Translations under genes and position numbers: made by a program
Notes under the pieces: generated by a model
The model's database searches: none
What the model saw: the letters and a program-made list of their open reading frames with translations, nothing else
What the model was told of the DNA's origin: nothing
NCBI GenBank assembly: GCA_947089915.1
Contig: CAMUMB010000001.1
Coordinates: 1,581-65,580, forward strand
Direction: 5' to 3'
Length of the DNA stretch: 64,000 nucleotides
Origin: an uncultured Bacillales bacterium
GTDB lineage: Bacteria; Bacillota_I; Bacilli_A; RF39; UBA660
Part shown: positions 40,350-51,662 of the stretch, in pieces
How positions within the stretch are numbered: position 1 is the first letter of the stretch
How the letters are laid out: every line of letters starts with the position of its first letter

Positions 40350-41326
40350 GCTTCAAATATTTTTCCTTTTAATGATTCTTTATTTTGAAAGCCATTGACG
40401 AAATCAATTGCTTTCATTTTGGTTTTTCCTTCTGGTTGAATGAAAGTGAATACGACTTCTCCATTGGATACTTTAACACCAATTCCATCTGGATAAATTT
40501 GCGTAATCTGTCCATCAATTAAATTAGGGTAAGAATTATCGGTCATGTAACATTCCCATACTTTGATAACTTTTCCATCTAACCTTGTATAAGCACCTGG
40601 CCAACTATTCAGTCCTCTTATTTTATTATATACTTGTTTTTTTGTTTGTGAAAAATCAATTTTTTCATCTTCTCTTGTAATATTAAATGCATAGGTTGCC
40701 TCTGATTCTTCTTGTTTGATTCTAGGCGCTGTTCCATCAATAATAGAAGGCAATACTTCTAGTAATAAATCTCTACCTAATATTTTTAACTTATCATGAA
40801 GTGAGGATGCAGTATCATTATCCTCGATTGGAATTTCTGTTTGTGCAATCATATCACCTTGATCCATTTTGGGATTCATATGCATAATCGTAATTCCTGT
40901 TTTTTTATGTCCATCAATAATGGCATGATGAATGGGTGCTCCTCCCCTTAGCTTAGGTAGCAAAGAAGCATGTACGTTGATACATCCGTAGGTTGGATAT
41001 ACAAGTAGCTCTCTTGGTAATAACTGTCCATAAGCGCATGTAATAATTAAAGTTGGATGCAATGCGATAATGTTTTCCCATTCTTCTCTTAACTTAGGTG
41101 GTTGCAGTACTAATATTGTATGTTCTTGCGCAATTTTCTTAATAGGTGTCTCTGACATTTTTCCATTACGCCCAACTGGTTTATCTGGTTGTGTTACAAC
41201 AGCTCTTACATTATAGTGTTCGATTAGTACTTCTAGAATTGGAACTGCAAAATCTGGTGTTCCCATAAATACAATTTTTACTTCTTTTTTCATATTGATA
41301 TCATTTATGTTCATAAAATCATTCAT
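40346..41326 (-). CDS. fmt: Methionyl-tRNA formyltransferase Fmt
   Basis: KIVFMGTPDFAVPILEVL, HxSLLPKxRG motif (HASLLPKLRGGAP). AGGTGA SD before ATG 41326. Confidence 0.9.
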   Translation of the reverse strand: MNDFMNINDINMKKEVKIVFMGTPDFAVPILEVLIEHYNVRAVVTQPDKPVGRNGKMSETPIKKIAQEHTILVLQPPKLREEWENIIALHPTLIITCAYGQLLPRELLVYPTYGCINVHASLLPKLRGGAPIHHAIIDGHKKTGITIMHMNPKMDQGDMIAQTEIPIEDNDTASSLHDKLKILGRDLLLEVLPSIIDGTAPRIKQEESEATYAFNITREDEKIDFSQTKKQVYNKIRGLNSWPGAYTRLDGKVIKVWECYMTDNSYPNLIDGQITQIYPDGIGVKVSNGEVVFTFIQPEGKTKMKAIDFVNGFQNKESLKGKIFEA

Positions 41327-41439
41327 ATTCTCACCTATTTTTATTTTACCATTATATTACAATTTTGTCATGTTTTTATTCTGTATTTCTTATAGAAATG
41401 GAATATGTTATAATAAACTTGTTGTAAGGAGTTTGTGCT

Positions 41440-42084
41440 ATGAAGAAATGGTTAAAATGGTTCATGACAGGTTTTTGGTTATTTTTAATTGGATCTTTAT
41501 TTGGATATGTTTTTGAAGGTGTATTAGAGTTTTTAAAACATGGAGTTTGGGTCAGTAGACCAGGACTTATTTATGGTCCCATTTCTCAGGTATATGGAAT
41601 TGGCTTTATCATTCTATCGGCAGCTCTTTATAAGGTTCAAAAACCCATATATCTATTTTTAGTAGGAACAATTGCAGGTGGGATTGTTGAATATATTATG
41701 TCTTTGATGCAAGAATATATATTTGGTACGATTTCTTGGGATTATAGTAATTATTTTTGTAACATCAATGGAAGAACGAGCCTATTTCATGCCTTAATGT
41801 GGGGACTCATTGCACTTTTATTTATGCAATTTATCTATCCTTTTCTAATGCGGATTTGTGAAAAACTACAAACAAAGTTGGGTTATATTCTAACTGTTAT
41901 TTTATTTCTTCTACTCAGTTTTGATATTTTTATTTCTACTGCTGCAGCAATACGCCAAGATGAACGAAAACACCATATTCCACCTACGAACCGGTTAGAT
42001 TATTTTATCGATAAACACTATCCAGATACAAGAATGGATTCTATTTATAAAAATAAAATGTATCGACAAAAAAGAGATAATTAA
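41440..42084 (+). CDS. Integral membrane protein (214 aa, about 6 TM)
   Basis: Hydrophobic. No catalytic motif. Confidence 0.45.
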   Translation: MKKWLKWFMTGFWLFLIGSLFGYVFEGVLEFLKHGVWVSRPGLIYGPISQVYGIGFIILSAALYKVQKPIYLFLVGTIAGGIVEYIMSLMQEYIFGTISWDYSNYFCNINGRTSLFHALMWGLIALLFMQFIYPFLMRICEKLQTKLGYILTVILFLLLSFDIFISTAAAIRQDERKHHIPPTNRLDYFIDKHYPDTRMDSIYKNKMYRQKRDN

Positions 42085-44252
42085 AATCGAACTGGATTAA
42101 AATCGATATCAAATTGGATATCTTTTTTATTACGGTATATTTCTTGAATTATTTTTAGATTCTCATAAATATCTTCTAGTTTTTTATACTTTAAAATCAC
42201 CTGTACTTGATAAATATGATTCATTTTAGGAATCAGTGCAAAACTAGGTCCTAATACAATTACATTCTTTAATTTTTTCCGTTTCCAATCACTCGCAACC
42301 TTTCTTCCCTCCTCCATTGCACGCTCTTCACTGCTAGATTTTAGAGAAATCAAACATAGGTTACAATAAGGACTATAATGTAATAATTTTCTGATTTTCA
42401 TTTCCTCTTCATAGAAACCTACATAATCGTGTTGTTTTGCTTTTTGAATACTATAATGATCTATGTGAAATCCTTGAATAATGACTTCTCCTTTTAAATC
42501 ATATCTTCCAGCTCTTCCGGCAACTTGAGAAAGTAAATCAAATGTTCTTTCTGCACTTCTAAAGTCAGGAATATTTAAAGTAGAATCGCCATTCACAACC
42601 CCTACTAAAGTAACTTTTGGAAAATTGAGTCCTTTGGCAATCATCTGGGTTCCAATTAGTATTTGATATTTTTGTGATAAAAAATCCTCAATCATACGTT
42701 CATGACTTCCTTTTTTGGTTGTAGTATCATTATCCATACGAAGGATATTCGCCTTCGGAAATTGAACATTCAAATATTGTTCTAGTCGTTCTGTTCCCAT
42801 TCCATATTGTTGCATACCTTCATTATGACACTTTGGACAGATTTCAATTGGCGATGTTGTATAGCCACAATAGTGACATTGCATTTGATTTTTTGTTTGA
42901 TGATATATAAGTGGAATATCACAAGCAGGACATTTGTGTGTATAACCACAATTCTTACAAGTGTGAATCGTTGTGTAGCCTCTGCGATTTAACAATAAAA
43001 TAACCTGTTCTTTTTTGTCTAACTTTTCTTCTATTTTTTGATATAATAGCTCAGATAAAATGGAGTTCCCTTTTCGAATTTCATCTTTCATATCCACCAA
43101 AGTTACATCAGGCAAATTTTGTCCTGTACGATGTTGCATTTGACATAATGTATAGATCCCTGTCTTGGCTCTTGCATAGCTTTCAATCGATGGTGTTGCG
43201 CTTCCTAGAATAACTGGAATTTGATAACGTTTAGCTCTCCATAAAGCAATATCAATCGCATGATATCTTGGGGTATTTTCTTGTTTATAAGTCGTAGAGT
43301 GTTCTTCATCTACAATAATAATACCTAAATTGGTTAGGGGTGCAAAAATGGCACTTCTAGCTCCAATTACAATAGGAACTTCTTTTCGTTCGATTTTACG
43401 CCATTCATCATATTTTTCACCATTGCTTAATCTACTATGTAAAACTGCTATTTGGTCTGGAAATCTCGCTTCAAATGTTTCAATCAGTTGTGGTGTTAAA
43501 CTAATTTCAGGCACTAGAACAATGGCTTCCTTACCTTCTTTTAAGACTTGTTCAATTAGCCGCATATAAACTTCGGTTTTTCCGCTTCCTGTGACACCAT
43601 GCAATAAATAAGGTTGAAAAATCCCTAGTTTTATTTGATTTAATACTACCTTTTGTTCTTCTCGAAGTTCTGGCTTTGTAATGACCTCTCTCATTTTATT
43701 TTTCCTACGATAGATTTCTTCTTCTACTTCTTTTAAGATGTGGTGTTTGATTAAAGTTTGTAAAGCAGATGCGGATATTTGTACCAATTCTTTTTTTGGT
43801 ACTTTTTCTTCAGAATCCATTCTAGCTAGTATTTGTTTTCCAACAGGTGTAATTGTTTTTTCATCATAATTCATGTTTTCCCATATGATATATTTTTCAT
43901 ATTTTTTAGAAATTGTCGTATTTTTTTTTGCTTTTAAAGCAGTTGGCAACATTGTTTGATAAGCATGAATTAAATTACACATTGTTTTTTTTGATAGATA
44001 AATTCCAAGTTCTAATAGTTCCTCATTTAAAACAGGTCTTGCATCAATTACAGATATGATTTCTTTTACTTCATAGTCACCTTCAAAATTGGTATCTATT
44101 TTTAAAATAAACCCTTCTAATTGTTGATGTCCAAAAGGAATAAAAACACGTTCCCCAACCTCAATTTCATTTTCTAATGATTTTGGAACACGATACGTGA
44201 AGGTTTGCGCTAATTGTTTTGCCTTCAATTCTACTAAGACTTGTACAAACAT
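42081..44252 (-). CDS. priA: Primosomal protein N' (PriA helicase)
   Basis: LHGVTGSGKTEVY Walker A, DEEH, Cys4 zinc-binding cluster (CKNCGY..CPACD..CHYCGY..CPKC). ATG at 44252 has GGTGA SD. Confidence 0.9.
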   Translation of the reverse strand: MFVQVLVELKAKQLAQTFTYRVPKSLENEIEVGERVFIPFGHQQLEGFILKIDTNFEGDYEVKEIISVIDARPVLNEELLELGIYLSKKTMCNLIHAYQTMLPTALKAKKNTTISKKYEKYIIWENMNYDEKTITPVGKQILARMDSEEKVPKKELVQISASALQTLIKHHILKEVEEEIYRRKNKMREVITKPELREEQKVVLNQIKLGIFQPYLLHGVTGSGKTEVYMRLIEQVLKEGKEAIVLVPEISLTPQLIETFEARFPDQIAVLHSRLSNGEKYDEWRKIERKEVPIVIGARSAIFAPLTNLGIIIVDEEHSTTYKQENTPRYHAIDIALWRAKRYQIPVILGSATPSIESYARAKTGIYTLCQMQHRTGQNLPDVTLVDMKDEIRKGNSILSELLYQKIEEKLDKKEQVILLLNRRGYTTIHTCKNCGYTHKCPACDIPLIYHQTKNQMQCHYCGYTTSPIEICPKCHNEGMQQYGMGTERLEQYLNVQFPKANILRMDNDTTTKKGSHERMIEDFLSQKYQILIGTQMIAKGLNFPKVTLVGVVNGDSTLNIPDFRSAERTFDLLSQVAGRAGRYDLKGEVIIQGFHIDHYSIQKAKQHDYVGFYEEEMKIRKLLHYSPYCNLCLISLKSSSEERAMEEGRKVASDWKRKKLKNVIVLGPSFALIPKMNHIYQVQVILKYKKLEDIYENLKIIQEIYRNKKDIQFDIDFNPVRF

Positions 44253-44349
44253 ATGTATCACCATATCTATTATAGCAAACAACTTCTATTCTTGTCTATG
44301 ATTGACTTTATTTCATAGAATCCTTATAATGAATTTAAGGAGGTTTAAA

Positions 44350-45977
<1,628 letters not shown>

Positions 45978-46021
45978 TCATTTATTATTATATCACGTAT
46001 AATGAAAAAAGAACGATTCAT

Positions 46022-47760
46022 TTATCGCACTTTACACTTATATTTTGATTTATTTGGTATACTTTCCTTATCGATTGGTGAAATCGTATAATTATGCAAA
46101 AGTTCTACTATTTTTGTCATTTTATTTAAGGCAAGGTTATCATTTGTTGGACAATCTAATAATTCATTTAATCTGGTCCAAACAAATTGTGCATCTTCTT
46201 GTTTTTCTGAATCTAAGCTTTGCATTTGCTGCAATATATAAAATTGTATTTCAATTATTTCATATGGAAAGATATCTTTAATTAAGATTTTTTCTTTCCG
46301 ATTTTGATAAGCGGAAACTATTTCTAAATTTTGTTTTTCTAATTCTTGACTATATTCTGCATCTGCCTTTTTTGTAACTGGTTTTTGCACATCTATTGGA
46401 GTATCTTCTTTTGTTTGACAATTCAATTCGCTCTCTTTTTCTGTTCCATGTGAATTCGAATTATTTTTACCATTTTCTAAATTAAGATTAAGTTTAGTCT
46501 TCTGTACTTCTACCAATTTTTCAAAATCTTGAACAATAGACTTCCAAATACTCTGTTCTTCTTCAGTTAATAAAACTGTTTCATCTAATTTATCATAAGT
46601 AGGTCCATATAACTTAACGATTACATCATAGTATTTTTTAGTATGTTCATTCCACCACTCAATTTGGAGTATCGCATATTCTTTATCTTCTTCCTTGCAA
46701 TATTCAAACATACTTGTTTTTCTTTTTCGCCCAACTATTGTTTCATTCAAATTTTCTCTGTTTAAATCGCAAGAATTTGAATTTTCAGATTTTAGAGATT
46801 TTATACCTTCCTCTATTGTTTTGTAAACAAGAGAAAGATTACTATATACTGTTTTTTTTCACATTTTAAAATACCTGCAACTTGGTCTATAGAATATTTA
46901 GGACGATCAATTCCATTTATATATGTAAAAACAATTTTTAAATCTGTTGAAAAATCATCTAAAATTTCTTGTAACTGTTCTTCTGTCATGTTAAATTGAG
47001 ATAAAAATTCCTCTTTTCCACTATATATTTTGGGTATATCTGTTGAATTCAAATTATCTTTAGTATCTTTTAAAGTGGCAGAAACTGAATTGGCTTTTTT
47101 ATGATCTTCAGGAATAACCTTTTTTTGAATTGGTACAATCTCAGGATTCTTTTTTTCTGGAATAGGGATTGTTATATTTTCTATCATTGTAATATCTCGA
47201 TTTTCTAATAATTTCCCTGTTTGATATGCTTCTAATGCATGATTAACCGCATTTAAACATTTCACTACCTCATCATTACTACATCTTAACTTATCTGCAA
47301 TTTTATAAATATCTAATTTCTTCTTATAATACCCTATAAAACAAGATTTTTGAATTTTAGGTAAGGTATTCAAAATAGCATTGATTTCCGCTACTGTTAC
47401 TTCATAAGTTTGCAAGATATTGCTAATACTATGATAAGTTTTTACATTACTATTTTGATAATTGACTGGCAATTCAAATTTATGGATAAAATAGTTTTTA
47501 ATTTGATAGAAGGAACAACCTTTTTGTTTTAATATCTCTGCAATCAAAAGATAGTTTTCAAATTGAAGTGCACTTTTTTGAAACAATAATTCTTCTGATT
47601 CTGTAAGTACTGCCTTATTATTTTCCTTTAAATAGTTTCCCCACTTTTTTGAAAATATCTTACGAATCGTAAATGGAATAGCGCTATAGACACAATCAAT
47701 TAGATCTCCACTAAAATCTTTATAATATGTATAAATATTTTTTTCATCACGATAGTTCAT
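46022..47760 (-). pseudogene. Gene for a protein with sigma-70 region-4-like HTH, split in two ORFs (46813-47760 and 46022-46750) by a frameshift at an A8 homopolymer (T8 on plus strand, 46852-46859)
   Basis: An extra A in the run makes one continuous ORF of about 570 aa that reads directly into the downstream ORF. The downstream ORF has only a TTG start and no SD of its own. HTH LPKIQKSCFIGYYKKKLDIYKIADKLRCSNDEVVKCLNAVNHALE. Confidence 0.6.
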
Positions 47761-47803
47761 ACAAATCACTCCTTAGTTTTAAAGACAATAAAAAAGAGGG
47801 TGT

Positions 47804-47815
47804 CCCCCCCCCCCC
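47804..47815. repeat. C12 / G12 homopolymeric tract in the 5' leader of the sigma-like gene (G12 on the transcribed minus strand)
   Basis: Read directly. About 45 nt upstream of ATG 47760. Followed on the minus strand by ACA-CCCTC-TTTTTT. Confidence 0.9.
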
Positions 47816-47895
47816 GTTTACAAATAGCAAACCTTTATATTTTTATACTACGCAAACTATATTACAATTGAATTGTAACCCTTTTTATTGCTAAT

Positions 47896-47924
47896 ATAAT
47901 ACCATTATTTTTTTATTTTGACAA
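47896..47924 (-). promoter_or_regulatory. Sigma-A-type promoter TTGTCA-N17-TATTAT for the sigma-like gene. Start of a roughly 130-nt leader containing the G12 tract
   Basis: tgacaa 47919-47924, ataata 47896-47901 on plus strand. Homologous to promoter at 56042-56070. Confidence 0.5.
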
Positions 47925-47985
47925 TCTTTTCTCTTTTATTTGAGTAAATTATGTTATAATAGAGACACATTTGTGAGGTGAAAAC

Positions 47986-49239
47986 ATGATACTAAAAGAG
48001 CTTAATAGTAATGAATTTACAAGATTTACAGATTATTTTCCTACACACTCTTTATATCAAACAAAAGAATATGGATATATAATGGAACACCAAAACTTCG
48101 AAAGTGTATTTTTAGGTTTGATTAATGAAAAAAATCAGATTTTAGTAGCTACTTTAGTCCTAATTGATAAAACACATAACTTTAAATATGCATATGCACC
48201 TCGTGGTTTTTTGATTGATTATAGTAATTTTGAACTACTTGAAATATTTACAAAAGAAATCAAAAAATATCTTGGCAAAAAAAATGTAATCGCAATAAAA
48301 TTGAATCCATATGTATTACGTTATACACATGAACCATGGTGCAATCTAACAAAAAAAGATTCTAATTATGACACTATATTAGAAAATTTTCAAAAACTTG
48401 GTTATCGTCATTTAGGTTACAACAGCTTTTTTGAAAATTTTAAACCTAGATATGAAGCATGTGTTTCACTTGATGTTCCTTATCATCTTCTTTTTAAAAA
48501 TATTCGTAAAGAATTTCGTACAAAAATTAGAAGTGCGGATAAAAAAGGATTGCATGTGTGTTTAGGTACAGAAAAAGATTTGTATTATTTATATTTACAA
48601 ACGCAAAAAAAATATCCACGTGATTTACAATATTTCCAAGATTGTTATCATTTCTTCAAACAAAATCAAATGATAGACTTATTCTATGTAAAATTAGACA
48701 CAACAGAATATCTATCTATTATTACAAAACAGTATCATACACAAGAAGAATTATGCAATACTCTTTCCCAAAAACTTGTAAATGTGGAGGGAAAACTAAA
48801 GGAGAAATATTTAAACCAAAAAATAGCAGCAGACCAACTTTTTCATCAATATAAAAAAGAATTGGTTTATGCAACACGTCTTCTTAGAGATCATGCAGAT
48901 GGAATTGTAATTGCTTCTGCTTTAGTTGTTACAAACCATAAGGAGGCTTATCTATTGATGGATGGATATGACACCAAATACAAACGATTAAATGCAAAAC
49001 ATTTATTGATGTGGAAACTGTGGGAAAAATATAATAAAGAAGGCTATCATACATTTAATTTAGGTGGTGTGACCAATATAGATTTGCAAAAAAATCCATA
49101 TAAAGGTTTGAATGATTTTAAAATTGGATTTCATTCTTCTATTAAAGAATATATAGGAGATTTAGAATTGGTAACAAATAGTGCTCTTTACTTCATGTAT
49201 AAAAATAGCGCACCGATTCGTAATATACTAAAAAAATAA
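47986..49239 (+). CDS. FemAB-family peptidoglycan interpeptide-bridge aminoacyltransferase (FemX/FmhB-like)
   Basis: 417 aa. N-terminal FemAB fold (..HSLYQTKEYGYIME...), central coiled-coil insertion. GAGGTGA SD. Extended -10 TGtTATAAT upstream. Confidence 0.75.
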   Translation: MILKELNSNEFTRFTDYFPTHSLYQTKEYGYIMEHQNFESVFLGLINEKNQILVATLVLIDKTHNFKYAYAPRGFLIDYSNFELLEIFTKEIKKYLGKKNVIAIKLNPYVLRYTHEPWCNLTKKDSNYDTILENFQKLGYRHLGYNSFFENFKPRYEACVSLDVPYHLLFKNIRKEFRTKIRSADKKGLHVCLGTEKDLYYLYLQTQKKYPRDLQYFQDCYHFFKQNQMIDLFYVKLDTTEYLSIITKQYHTQEELCNTLSQKLVNVEGKLKEKYLNQKIAADQLFHQYKKELVYATRLLRDHADGIVIASALVVTNHKEAYLLMDGYDTKYKRLNAKHLLMWKLWEKYNKEGYHTFNLGGVTNIDLQKNPYKGLNDFKIGFHSSIKEYIGDLELVTNSALYFMYKNSAPIRNILKK

Positions 49240-49250
49240 GGCATTTTGTC

Positions 49251-49742
49251 TTATTTTTTATAGGTTTTTTGCTTTTCTAATAAAGATTCTAACTTATGAT
49301 TAAAAACAACTTTTAAATCATTTTGATCTGGATACTTATTATTTACTTCTTTGCATGTTAATATAACCTGTTCTAACCACAAAAATAATTGTTCTAAAAA
49401 ACTATTGGCAGTTTCGATACTTCCTATATTGTATCTTCTAAAGAATTGATCTAGTATTTGAAATTGTGCCATCTCGTAATATTCCATATTTTCATCTTTT
49501 AGTTTTTCTAATACGGGTATTAAATATTCTCCTTGACAAAAAGGCAATGAGGCATTACATTCATAATTTAAATTTAAATCTGGCTTTTCAAAATCTCTTT
49601 TTCTGTTATAGTAATTTCTTAAATTTGAACAAATTTCCAAATGTCTATCGCTAAACTCTTTTTGGTAAAAGTCCGTACTACCCTCACGCACTGCTAACAT
49701 CACTTTATTTACAATTTCTAATTCAAATATTGGTTGATTCAT
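49251..49742 (-). CDS. Hypothetical cytoplasmic protein, paralogue A (163 aa)
   Basis: MNQPIFELEIVNKVM... and conserved SLPFCQGEYLIPVLEKL block shared with the adjacent gene. Confidence 0.5.
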   Translation of the reverse strand: MNQPIFELEIVNKVMLAVREGSTDFYQKEFSDRHLEICSNLRNYYNRKRDFEKPDLNLNYECNASLPFCQGEYLIPVLEKLKDENMEYYEMAQFQILDQFFRRYNIGSIETANSFLEQLFLWLEQVILTCKEVNNKYPDQNDLKVVFNHKLESLLEKQKTYKK

Positions 49743-50271
49743 TTTTTACTTCCCTTCTAAAATCGGGTCTTTGGCGATTTATTTTTTGCTTTACTTCGGA
49801 TTCCTCATAATATTCTTTCAATATTATACAGACTTTTGAATATAAGATAGATTGAAGTTCATCTTCATCCACAAGCAATCTATGATTTTCATCATATGTA
49901 TCTACATATTTTTTAAGATAGGAAAATAAGTTACCCAAAAGACTTTCATCGGATATTGGTACTTCTGTAGAACAATAAATATAGAACTTATTTAGTATCG
50001 ATTGCAATGCCAAATCATAGTATAAGCTACTCTCTTCTCCTAACTTTTTTAATAAAGGTACTAAATAATCTCCATTACAAAATGGCAAAGACTCAATACA
50101 GCATTTTGCTTTTTGATCTTTATTTTTTTGGTCAAAAGAGATTGTTCTTAATACATAATTCACATCACAGTGACTATAAGATAATTCTCTTTGATAGAAA
50201 TCCACTTTCGCATGGCTCATTTTTTCCATAATTTCATTTACAATAACTAATTCATAAATTGGTTGATTCAT
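49723..50271 (-). CDS. Hypothetical cytoplasmic protein, paralogue B (182 aa)
   Basis: MNQPIYELVIVNEIM... and SLPFCNGDYLVPLLKKL. ATG at 50271 has GGGAGTGA SD. The ORF-track upstream extension overlaps the tuf 3' end. Confidence 0.5.
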   Translation of the reverse strand: MNQPIYELVIVNEIMEKMSHAKVDFYQRELSYSHCDVNYVLRTISFDQKNKDQKAKCCIESLPFCNGDYLVPLLKKLGEESSLYYDLALQSILNKFYIYCSTEVPISDESLLGNLFSYLKKYVDTYDENHRLLVDEDELQSILYSKVCIILKEYYEESEVKQKINRQRPDFRREVKNESTNI

Positions 50272-50341
50272 TTTATTCACTCCCCTGATATTTTTAGTAT
50301 ACAAGAATATACAGAAAAAAACAAGCCTTTGCTTGTCTTTA

Positions 50342-51526
50342 TTATTGAATAATCTCTGAAATGTTACCAGAACCAACTGTTCTACCACCTTCACGAATTG
50401 AGAACTTAGTTCCATTTTCGATAGCGATTGGAGCAATTAATTCAACAGTCATTTCAACATTATCTCCTGGCATTACCATTTCAACACCTGCAGGTAATTC
50501 AATAACACCTGTAACGTCTGTAGTTCTGAAATAGAATTGTGGACGGTAATTTGAGAAGAATGGAGTATGTCTTCCACCTTCTTCTTTGGTTAAGACATAA
50601 ACTTGTGCTTTGAATTTCTTGTGTGGAGTAACTGAACCTGGTTTTGCTAATACTTGACCACGTTCAACTTCTTCACGAGCAATACCACGTAATAATACTC
50701 CAGCATTGTCTCCTGATTCTGCATAGTCTAATTGTTTACGGAACATTTCAATTCCTGTAACAACAGTCTTCTTAGTATCTTTAAGACCAACGATTTCAAC
50801 TTCATCGTTAAGTTTCAATTGTCCTCTTTCTACACGACCTGTAACAACAGTTCCACGTCCAGTAATTGTGAATACATCTTCTACTGGCATTAAGAATGGT
50901 TTATCAGTATCACGTGTAGGAGTTTCAATCCAATTATCAACAGCATCCATTAAATCTAAGATTGCCTGCTCATACTTAGCATCTCCTTCAAGAGCTTTTA
51001 AAGCTGAACCACGGATAATTGGAGTTTCATCTCCTTCAAATCCGTATTCATTTAATAATTCACGAATTTCCATTTCAACTAAGTCTAATAATTCTTCATC
51101 ATCAACCATGTCGCATTTGTTCATGAATACAACCATACGAGGTACACCAACTTGACGTGATAATAAGATATGTTCACGAGTTTGTGCCATAGGTCCATCT
51201 GTAGCAGCAATAACTAAGATTGCTCCATCCATTTGTGCTGCACCAGTAATCATGTTCTTTACGTAGTCAGCATGTCCTGGACAGTCTACGTGAGCATAAT
51301 GTCTCTTTTCTGTTTGATATTCCACGTGTGAAGTGTTGATTGTGATTCCACGATCTCTTTCTTCTGGAGCTTTATCAATGTTTGCATAATCTACGAATTC
51401 AGCGAATCCTTTTTTAGATAATACGTTTGTAATAGCCGCAGTTAAAGTAGTTTTACCGTGGTCTACGTGTCCAATTGTACCAATGTTAACATGTGGTTTT
51501 GAACGATCGAATTTTTGTTTTGCCAT
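50342..51526 (-). CDS. tuf: Elongation factor Tu
   Basis: [27 protein letters not shown] motifs. 394 aa. Confidence 0.97.
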   Translation of the reverse strand: MAKQKFDRSKPHVNIGTIGHVDHGKTTLTAAITNVLSKKGFAEFVDYANIDKAPEERDRGITINTSHVEYQTEKRHYAHVDCPGHADYVKNMITGAAQMDGAILVIAATDGPMAQTREHILLSRQVGVPRMVVFMNKCDMVDDEELLDLVEMEIRELLNEYGFEGDETPIIRGSALKALEGDAKYEQAILDLMDAVDNWIETPTRDTDKPFLMPVEDVFTITGRGTVVTGRVERGQLKLNDEVEIVGLKDTKKTVVTGIEMFRKQLDYAESGDNAGVLLRGIAREEVERGQVLAKPGSVTPHKKFKAQVYVLTKEEGGRHTPFFSNYRPQFYFRTTDVTGVIELPAGVEMVMPGDNVEMTVELIAPIAIENGTKFSIREGGRTVGSGNISEIIQ

Positions 51527-51662
51527 ATTAAAATTTCCTCCTTTATTTACTTACATAATCTATTTTATATTACTTACCAAAAAATAGCAAGTCATTTTTA
51601 GATTATTCTTTTGATTTTTAAAAACAAAATGTAGAGAGAAAGTAGATAACTACTTATCTCTA

